DNA of 34,243 nt from a virus (Duplodnaviria > Caudoviricetes), in IMG/VR virus record IMGVR_UViG_3300049009_000280, positions 1-34,243 of that record. One strand, 5' to 3'. Made by a program: the position numbers and the translations under genes. The notes under the pieces are model-generated. The model was not told where the DNA came from, searched no databases, and was given only the letters and a program-made list of their open reading frames with translations. Below are positions 18,429 through 25,011 of this stretch, in pieces; positions within the stretch are counted from its first letter, which is position 1, and each line of letters begins with the position of its first letter.

Positions 18429-18785
18429 TTAGTCCAGAAAACGGAGTTTAAATAGGGTGGAGTTTATCAGGTCGGCAATCTCGTCGACAAGATTCTGTAG
18501 CTCGCTGTTTTGGGGCAAGTGCTGCCGCGCCTCTTCAACGAACGATTTCATGGACTCCAAATAGGCGACCGGCTCGGTGGCCTGGTGGTAGTCCTGGGGG
18601 AAGTCTTTGAGCTGCTCGTAGCGCCCCATGGCGGCCTCGGCGAACTGGTCCGCCAGCTCAATGATCTTTGCGTAGTAGTCCCCCAACGCCAGATGCACCG
18701 ACAGGCTCTTGGTCGACCAGTGCATCAGATGAGCGTTGGTGCTGGAGTGCAGCAACGCCAGAACAAAGGCGGCAATTTCAGTCAT
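18429..18785 (-). CDS. Ferritin/Dps-like four-helix protein (DUF5856-like)
   Basis: HLMHW...HLALGDYY...ELADQFAE...DEI...STLFKL; start put at ATG 18785 because the track's ATG 18797 lies inside the -10 box. Confidence 0.75.
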   Translation of the reverse strand: MTEIAAFVLALLHSSTNAHLMHWSTKSLSVHLALGDYYAKIIELADQFAEAAMGRYEQLKDFPQDYHQATEPVAYLESMKSFVEEARQHLPQNSELQNLVDEIADLINSTLFKLRFLD

Positions 18786-18792
18786 GTTGGGG

Positions 18793-18819
18793 ATCATAGC
18801 AAAAAAAGGTCATTGTCAA
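18793..18819 (-). promoter_or_regulatory. Sigma70-like promoter heading the late operon
   Basis: Minus strand TTGACA (18819-18814), 15-nt spacer ending TGC, TATGAT (18798-18793). Confidence 0.7.
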
Positions 18820-18857
18820 TCCTTGTGGCACCAGATACACGTTTTTGACCCGCTGCA

Positions 18858-18970
18858 CCGGTACAAGCGGTACACCCCTAAAGGGGTGTGTACCGGTCTG
18901 TACCGGGTTGCGGCATAGCGCCCCGGTACAGTTGTACCGGCTTGTACCGTCTTGTACCGGTCTGTACCGG
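18858..18970. repeat. Iteron-like array of nine TGTACCG heptamers (candidate replication origin)
   Basis: Forward copies at 18889, 18899, 18933, 18943, 18953, 18963; inverted copies at 18859, 18868, 18924. Confidence 0.85.
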
Positions 18971-20920
18971 TCACGGCAGGTCAATTTTCAGCTCATAGAC
19001 CCCCGGCTCGGCCTGAAGGATTTCCTCCCGATCCAGCAATTCGGACACCACCCTGGCAAACGCCTGCTTCTTGCTATTGGTGCTGGAGAGCTCCGACATG
19101 GCGTAAAAAACCGCCCGCCACTCTTCGTGTCCAACGTATTGCAGGTCAAGAACCTTGAACGCCTCCAGCCCATCATTGGCGTTGGGGCTGCGCAGCTTGA
19201 CCCTGACGGCCTTGGTAGGCTCGCCTGCCTGCACCAGCACGGCGCTCGTGACCGGCTCCCCATCCTCATCAAACCACCCAGGAATAATTACTTTCTCAAG
19301 CGTAGCATATAAGGTAGGCGCTAACTCGGCGTCTTTGCTCTTGCGCTGGATAATCTCCATCGGCGCCTCGCCCTTGGCCGGCACGATGCTGATCTCAATG
19401 TCCAGCGCACCGCGCCAAGCGCTGGAGCCTCGAGCCCTGTGCTGAGTCTCTTCAGATACGCCAGTATGGTGGACTAATATGATGGTGCAATTGAATTCAG
19501 CCATTAGCATGGCGCAGGCATCTAACATAGCCTTGGCGTCCTGAGATGAATTCTCATCGCCGGAGTTGAAGCGGTGCAGAGTATCTATCACGATTGCCGC
19601 GGGCTTGATCGGCAGTGCCCTGATGTGCTCGGAGACCTTGCGGTAGCCCTCGGGGGTGTCTAGGTCGCAGCCGCTTTTGCTGAGATACATATTAAGCGCA
19701 TGACCATTACCATGGCGCTCTTTCCAGGCCGCGATCCGGCTGCGCAGACCATGGTGGCCCTCGCCCGCCAAGTAGACGATCGCCCCTGGCGTGACCCGGC
19801 TGCCGAACCAATCCTGTTGGCCCTGGGCCATGCGCAGGCACCAGTCTAGAACGGTGAACGTCTTCCCGCCGCCGCTCGGGCCGTGGACCATGATGAGCGC
19901 CGCTTGCTGAATCCAGCCCTTCACCATCCATTTGATCGGTGCCGGTTGGCGGCAGAACTCGTCCGCCGGCATCAGCCAGTCGCTCACCGCTGGCTCAAGC
20001 AGCGCCGCGAGATCGTTGCCGGCCTGAACGTAATCATTGGCGTCCCCGGCCGCTGGCGGCATCACCGATCTGGCACCGTACTTGGCGCTCGCCTGCTCGG
20101 CGTACCGTTGGCCTACGCCGCTCGCATCGTTGTCAGCCACAATCACCAAGTCCTGCTGCGCGCCGAACCTCTCCCGAAGTGCGCCGGTGACCGGGACTAG
20201 GTTGCTGGCCGAATACGCCACAGCGCAGGCCTTGCCGGTGGCTTGGTGGATAGTGGCTGCGGTGGCGAAGCCCTCGGCGATGTAGATCGTGCCGCCAGGC
20301 TCGCCGAGCATCCAGAACTTGCCCCCAGTAGCGCCGCCGGGGTGATACCGTTTCTCGCCATCGGCCGAAATGTACTGGACCGAGGCCAGATCACCCTCGG
20401 CACCATAGAGCGGGACCATCAACCGCCCGTCGCCGGTGACCCTGGCGCCGTTAGCAGAGATGCCCTTTCGCGCCAGATACGGATGATCGGCGCTCGCCGC
20501 ACCGCCTGCTGTCCAGATGGCATCCACTGTGGTGGCGGCAACCGCCTGGCTGCGCTCCTGCTCGGCCTCCCGCGCCGCCTTGGCCTCGGCCATTCGCCGG
20601 GTGTGGGCCATCTCCTCGGCAATGGTGAGCTTCCTTCCCATCTCGGCTTGCCAGGCTTGCTCGATTCCTGCCCGCCAGCAGCCAAAGCGACCTGCCGGGA
20701 CGCCATCGCCGAAAGCAACGTACCAACCCGGCTTGCTGTGGCCTGGCGTGCCCTTGGTCCCGGAGTTGAACCTGTGCAGCTTGCCGTCTAGATAGATGTT
20801 CTCCGGCGGCTCCAGGCCCGCTTCAATCATTGCCTCTCTCAGCTGCTCGTCTGGTGGCTCAATGCGCTTCGGCTCGGGGAGTGAGTACGTCCCGCCAAAG
20901 ATGCTAGTCAGGTCTGCCAT
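18971..20920 (-). CDS. Primase-helicase (TOPRIM + RecA-family AAA_25)
   Basis: 649 aa; HPYLARKG, IAEGFATA, IVADND, GDAND (TOPRIM); GPSGGGKT, IVIDTL, LVHHTG, RARGSSA (helicase). Confidence 0.93.
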   Translation of the reverse strand: MADLTSIFGGTYSLPEPKRIEPPDEQLREAMIEAGLEPPENIYLDGKLHRFNSGTKGTPGHSKPGWYVAFGDGVPAGRFGCWRAGIEQAWQAEMGRKLTIAEEMAHTRRMAEAKAAREAEQERSQAVAATTVDAIWTAGGAASADHPYLARKGISANGARVTGDGRLMVPLYGAEGDLASVQYISADGEKRYHPGGATGGKFWMLGEPGGTIYIAEGFATAATIHQATGKACAVAYSASNLVPVTGALRERFGAQQDLVIVADNDASGVGQRYAEQASAKYGARSVMPPAAGDANDYVQAGNDLAALLEPAVSDWLMPADEFCRQPAPIKWMVKGWIQQAALIMVHGPSGGGKTFTVLDWCLRMAQGQQDWFGSRVTPGAIVYLAGEGHHGLRSRIAAWKERHGNGHALNMYLSKSGCDLDTPEGYRKVSEHIRALPIKPAAIVIDTLHRFNSGDENSSQDAKAMLDACAMLMAEFNCTIILVHHTGVSEETQHRARGSSAWRGALDIEISIVPAKGEAPMEIIQRKSKDAELAPTLYATLEKVIIPGWFDEDGEPVTSAVLVQAGEPTKAVRVKLRSPNANDGLEAFKVLDLQYVGHEEWRAVFYAMSELSSTNSKKQAFARVVSELLDREEILQAEPGVYELKIDLP

Positions 20921-20926
20921 AAATTC

Positions 20927-21799
20927 TCAATCTCCGCAGAAGCAGGCGATGGCTTCTTCATCGGTCACAAAATCAATTTGTGCGCCGTCGTTGTGCAGCA
21001 TGGCTGCATAGCTTGCTCGATCTGAGCGGAAGACTGCGCCGCTTGGCTTGGACGCCAACGCCAACGCCAACGCCTCCATCTTGGCCCACCATACCGCACG
21101 GCTCGGCTTCTCGTGAATCAGGCTGGCCACCTGAGATGCAGGCTTCAAAAAGCACAAGTCGCAATTGCCCGCAAGCGTCCGACCGTTGTACGTTGGCAAG
21201 CCGAGATTGAAGGGTTGCGCCTCCCAAAATGCTCCAACATCTTGCACCGTTACGCCGGCATCGGCAAGTGGCAAGCACATGATTTCGTTCTTGCTCTCGG
21301 CGCTATGCCCACGAGCTCGAATCTTTGAGACTCGGCGCTGCTCATCGGCCCGGATGCCTATGAACTGATCCCACTCCATGTCTTTTTGTGCCATGCCCTT
21401 CTGCTCCCAATGCACTCGCTGAAACTTGTGCATCGTTCTGATCTTGAGCTCTGATGTGCAGAACCGCGTCACAGGATTTGGCAAGTAGTTGCGCTTGCGA
21501 ATGATGGCCTCAAACGGCTCGCCGTCCCGGCTGGCTGTGGCAAAGTCCACCAGCGCGTACCCCTGGGCGTCGCTTCTGTACTCCACCCAAGAAATGTGAA
21601 CGCCCCAGTGCTCGGCGCAGTCCTGCACAAAGCGCAACGTCGCCTCTTCCTCCTTGCCGGTGTTGGCAAAACACACCAGCGCCTCATCTGGTAGCCCCCC
21701 CCCATTGCTCTGCAACACCCGCCAAAGCATGTAGGCGCTTGTGCGCCCGCCGCTAAAGCTAATGCAAGTCGGCCCATCAATCTTGAATGGATCACGCAT
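20927..21799 (-). CDS. PAPS reductase/CysH-family (PP-loop) protein
   Basis: 290 aa; ISFSGGRTS, FANTGKE, RFCTSELK, IGIRADE, GNCDLCF, C-terminal CFCGD. Confidence 0.88.
   Translation of the reverse strand: MRDPFKIDGPTCISFSGGRTSAYMLWRVLQSNGGGLPDEALVCFANTGKEEEATLRFVQDCAEHWGVHISWVEYRSDAQGYALVDFATASRDGEPFEAIIRKRNYLPNPVTRFCTSELKIRTMHKFQRVHWEQKGMAQKDMEWDQFIGIRADEQRRVSKIRARGHSAESKNEIMCLPLADAGVTVQDVGAFWEAQPFNLGLPTYNGRTLAGNCDLCFLKPASQVASLIHEKPSRAVWWAKMEALALALASKPSGAVFRSDRASYAAMLHNDGAQIDFVTDEEAIACFCGD
21052..21074. repeat. Hexamer microsatellite (ACGCCA)x3.8, encoding ALALALA
   Basis: Seen directly; in-frame unit inside the PAPS-reductase-like gene. Confidence 0.7.
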
Positions 21800-21974
21800 G
21801 GGGCGGCGCCTTCAGTAGATAGGTCGACAACCGCTGAATCGCGGTGATGCGTGGCCGCTTGCTGCGACCTCGCTGGAGAGCGAGCACAGTACTGTAGTGC
21901 AGCCCTGTCGCTGCTGCAACGACCCGCACCTTGCGGTCTTGCAGCCCGGCGATGATCTGCTCAATCGTCATCAT
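21792..21974 (-). CDS. Small Cro-like HTH regulator (60 aa)
   Basis: MMTIEQII...RVVAAATGLHYSTVLALQRG..PRITAIQRL; AGGAG SD upstream of ATG 21974. Confidence 0.8.
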   Translation of the reverse strand: MMTIEQIIAGLQDRKVRVVAAATGLHYSTVLALQRGRSKRPRITAIQRLSTYLLKAPPHA

Positions 21975-22102
21975 AAAGCGTACTCCTAAAAAAAAGTTGG
22001 TGAAGATCGAAAAAAAGTGTACCACAAGTCGAAAAGATGGTGTAGGATGCTATCCATGCACTGAACGGATTCCCCGACGAGTGCTGACACAAGGAGAGCA
22101 AG
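21975..22102. promoter_or_regulatory. Divergent promoter region
   Basis: AT-rich intergenic at the strand switch; leftward extended -10 TGGTACACT (22024-22016); rightward TAGGAT near 22043; TCGAAAA twice. Confidence 0.55.
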
Positions 22103-22264
22103 ATGCTCAAAGTTACCTTCCGCGCTTTTTCACCGCGCCTTAAAGAGGAGTTCATCATTGTTGAACTTCATCGCTCGCTGGCTGATGCACAACATCGCGC
22201 CCTCGGCATGATGTGGACGATTGCCAAGGTCGAAGCGGACTGCTTCACTTACGAGGCGGCCTGA
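22103..22264 (+). CDS. Hypothetical protein (53 aa)
   Basis: Below the track cut-off; AAGGAG SD; MLKVTFRAFSPRLKEEF...FTYEAA; stop 2 nt before the next ATG. Confidence 0.7.
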   Translation: MLKVTFRAFSPRLKEEFIIVELHRSLADAQHRALGMMWTIAKVEADCFTYEAA

Positions 22265-22266
22265 CC

Positions 22267-22944
22267 ATGGCCATCAACCTAAAAACCACCTCCACCTTGG
22301 CGTCCAACGGCGCCAAGCTCTTGGTCTACGGCCAAGCCGGCGCAGGCAAAACCACCTTAGCGGCAACCCTGCCCAACCCCATCATCCTCAGTGCCGAGGG
22401 CGGCCTGCTTTCAATCCAAGACGCAAACCTGCCCTACATCGAGGTGACCAGCATGGCGACCTTGATGGAAGCCTACTCCTGGCTGCGCGACAGCCACGAG
22501 GCCAAGGACTATCAATCAGTGGCGCTGGACTCGATCAGCGAGATCGCCGAGGTTGTCCTCAACGCCGAGAAGAAGTCAAACAAAGACCCGCGAGCAGCCT
22601 ACGGCGCCATGCAAGAGCAGATGGCGGACATTATTAGGGCGTTCCGCGACCTGACTGGGCGGCACGTCTACATGAGCGCCAAACTTGAGAAGACGCAAGA
22701 CGAAATGGGTAGGGTCTTGTACTCGCCATCAATGCCGGGTAACAAGACGGGCCAGGCTTTGCCGTATTTCTTTGACGAGGTGCTGGCCCTGCGGGTCGAG
22801 AAAGACGCTGAAGGGATAAGCCAGCGGGCTTTGATGTGCGACAGCGATGGCCTCTGGCTGGCGAAAGATCGTTCCGGCAAGCTCGGAGCCTGGGAACCGG
22901 CGGACCTCGGCCAGATCATTGCAAAGATCGGCGGTGCGAAATGA
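22267..22944 (+). CDS. Sak4-like ATPase / ssDNA annealing protein (AAA_24)
   Basis: YGQAGAGKTT Walker A, LSAEGGL, LDSISE, AKDRSGKL; start ATG 22267 with GAGG SD. Confidence 0.88.
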   Translation: MAINLKTTSTLASNGAKLLVYGQAGAGKTTLAATLPNPIILSAEGGLLSIQDANLPYIEVTSMATLMEAYSWLRDSHEAKDYQSVALDSISEIAEVVLNAEKKSNKDPRAAYGAMQEQMADIIRAFRDLTGRHVYMSAKLEKTQDEMGRVLYSPSMPGNKTGQALPYFFDEVLALRVEKDAEGISQRALMCDSDGLWLAKDRSGKLGAWEPADLGQIIAKIGGAK

Positions 22945-23306
22945 TCGCCGTCTGGCTAGCTTGCAAAGAAGCCGAGCGCCTGGCCACCGAAGCCCGCCGG
23001 GTTGTCGAGGACGCCATGATTGAGCAGTTCAAGATTGCCAAGGACATGGAGGGCACGAAAACCTTCATGAACGCCGGCTACACGGTCAAGATCGCTGGTC
23101 GCTTGAACCACAAGATTGACAGCGACAAGCTCCAAGCGATCGCCGCCGAAGCCGGCCTGGCCGAGCACCTCGGCTCCCTTTTCCGCTGGAAACCGGAAAT
23201 CAATTCGTCGGCCTGGAAGTCGGCCGATGAATCCATCACGCGCCCGCTCCTGGGTGCGATCACCACCACGGCGGGCCGCCCGTCTTTTTCAATCACCAAG
23301 GAATAA
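22941..23306 (+). CDS. Hypothetical recombination-module protein (121 aa)
   Basis: ATGA overlap; WLACKEAE...LFRWKPEIN...GRPSFSI; lies between Sak4 and SSB. Confidence 0.75.
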   Translation: MIAVWLACKEAERLATEARRVVEDAMIEQFKIAKDMEGTKTFMNAGYTVKIAGRLNHKIDSDKLQAIAAEAGLAEHLGSLFRWKPEINSSAWKSADESITRPLLGAITTTAGRPSFSITKE

Positions 23307-23311
23307 ACATC

Positions 23312-23785
23312 ATGGCTACTCTCGGACAAGATTACGTTGCTGCTGACCTCCCCATGGGCAAGTCTTTCGAGCCCCTGCCTGCCGGCTGGTACACGGCAGC
23401 GATCACGCAGGCAACCGTCAAAGACACCAAGGCGGGCACTGGCCGCTACATCAGTCTCAAGTACGACATTACCGGCCCCAGCCACCAAGGCCGCACCATC
23501 TTCGGCAACCTGAACATCTCCAACCCGAACCCGAAAGCCGAGGAGATCGGGCGCCAACAGCTCAACAGCCTGATGCGGGCGATCGGCCTGGCGAAGGTCA
23601 ACGATACCGACCAGTTGATCGGCGGGCAGTTGAAGATCAAGTTGGCGATCACCACGAGCGACCAGTACGGCGAGGGAAATGACGTCAAAGACTTCGCCAC
23701 CATCGGTGGCGGGGCAATGCCTGCGGCAAGCAAGCCGGCGGCACCAGCTGCTGGCGCGAAGGCCGCGCCGCCTTGGGCCAAGTGA
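23312..23785 (+). CDS. ssb: Phage single-stranded DNA-binding protein (DUF669-like)
   Basis: FEPLPAGWY, TKAGTGRY, HQGRTIF.NLN, C-terminal Ala/Pro tail ending PPWAK; AAGGA SD. Confidence 0.82.
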   Translation: MATLGQDYVAADLPMGKSFEPLPAGWYTAAITQATVKDTKAGTGRYISLKYDITGPSHQGRTIFGNLNISNPNPKAEEIGRQQLNSLMRAIGLAKVNDTDQLIGGQLKIKLAITTSDQYGEGNDVKDFATIGGGAMPAASKPAAPAAGAKAAPPWAK

Positions 23786-23799
23786 CATAGCAAACCCTG

Positions 23800-23835
23800 G
23801 CGTGACAGATAAATTTATGAACCTGTCACGCTTTT
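23800..23835 (+). terminator. Hairpin/terminator after ssb
   Basis: GCGTGACAG (23800-23808) / CTGTCACGC (23823-23831) perfect 9-bp stem followed by TTTT. Confidence 0.65.
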
Positions 23836-23860
23836 ACCTTACAAAACAAGGAGTTACATC

Positions 23861-24034
23861 ATGATTATCAAGTTAAGTGTGGAAGACATTAAAGAAGCGG
23901 TGCTTGAGTACGTAGACCGCCGCGTAAATACTGACTTTTCAAGTTTCAACTCGGTGGAGTTTAAATATTCCACTCCCTGGGACGGTTGCGAGGTCTCATG
24001 GTTTGAGCCTGAAGCCAAGCCCGAGGCTACCTAA
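23861..24034 (+). CDS. Hypothetical protein (57 aa)
   Basis: AAGGAG SD; MIIKLSVEDIKEAVLEYV...; TAATG overlap with the next gene. Confidence 0.75.
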   Translation: MIIKLSVEDIKEAVLEYVDRRVNTDFSSFNSVEFKYSTPWDGCEVSWFEPEAKPEAT

Positions 24035-25011
24035 TGTCAGCAATCCCAATCCCCGACGAGGTGGCGCAAGCCATCGACGCCGCCCACGAACGCCAGGTCG
24101 AGCTACCCAGGTCGCACCTCGGCGCCAGCCAACTCGGTCATGCCTGTGATCGGTGGCTCTGGCTGTCGTTCCGCTGGGCGGTGCGCGAGCCCTTTCCTGG
24201 TCGCATCCTTCGGCTCTTTCGCCGGGGCAGGATGGAGGAGGCCACTATAGCGGCTGACCTCAAAGCGATTGGGATTGACATTCACAGCACGGAGGGAGCC
24301 CAGGCCCGCGTTGACTTTGGCTCGCACGTCAGCGGGAGCCTGGACGGCATCATCGAATCTGGCGTGCCTGGTGCGCCGAAGGCCAGGCACATTTTCGAGG
24401 CCAAGACGCATTCCAAGAAATCGTTTGACGATCTGGTCAAGCACGGCGTGGAGAAATCCAAGCCAGTCCATGCCGCCCAGATGCAGGTCTACATGCACGG
24501 CACGAACATCGACCGGGCGCTCTACTTTGCAATCTGCAAAGACGATGACCGTATCTACACCGAGCGCCTGCGGTACAGCCGCACGGAGGCCGAACGCCTG
24601 ATTGCTCGCGGCCACCGCATCGCACTGGCGGACAGAATGCCGGAGCCGCTCTCCAGCAACCCAAGCTGGTACGTTTGTCGATTTTGCTCGGCACATGATT
24701 TCTGCCACGGCAGCAAGAAGACCAAAGAGGTCAACTGCCGGACCTGTGCTCATAGCACGGCGGAGCCCTCAACGCCGGACAGCGATGCGCACTGGACATG
24801 CGCACGATTTGAGCGCAGCGTGATCCCGATTGAAACCCAGTACACCGGCTGCGGGTCGCATGTCCTGCATCCTGACTTGGTGCCCTGGCAACGCCTGGAC
24901 GGGCCGGATGCTTGGACAGCGATCTATGTCATTGATGGGCGGGAGGTGGCTAATGGGGAGGGGGATGCGAATGTGTTTGGGTCTCGGGAGTTGCTGGGGC
25001 AGGGGAATTGA
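24034..25011 (+). CDS. Cas4-like PD-(D/E)XK exonuclease
   Basis: HLGAS..G..C.R..W, GSLDG, FEAKT, QMQVYM, CRFC...C (Fe-S cysteines), plus an extra CRTC..C..C..H zinc-finger-like tail. Confidence 0.85.
   Translation: MSAIPIPDEVAQAIDAAHERQVELPRSHLGASQLGHACDRWLWLSFRWAVREPFPGRILRLFRRGRMEEATIAADLKAIGIDIHSTEGAQARVDFGSHVSGSLDGIIESGVPGAPKARHIFEAKTHSKKSFDDLVKHGVEKSKPVHAAQMQVYMHGTNIDRALYFAICKDDDRIYTERLRYSRTEAERLIARGHRIALADRMPEPLSSNPSWYVCRFCSAHDFCHGSKKTKEVNCRTCAHSTAEPSTPDSDAHWTCARFERSVIPIETQYTGCGSHVLHPDLVPWQRLDGPDAWTAIYVIDGREVANGEGDANVFGSRELLGQGN

Noticed and set aside
18858-18970. Repeat array as a mini-CRISPR, or as coding ORFs 18778..18984 and 18845..19312
   Set aside because: Units are 7-10 bp in both orientations with no unique spacers; the ORFs are repetitive translations without SD support
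20927-21799. Complete Dnd/Ssp phosphorothioation system or sulfur-assimilation pathway
   Set aside because: No cysteine desulfurase, DndD/E, SspB/C or other cys genes in the window
24034-25011. Cas4-like gene as evidence of a CRISPR-Cas system
   Set aside because: No cas1/cas2 or repeat-spacer array; context (Sak4, SSB, helicase) indicates a recombination exonuclease
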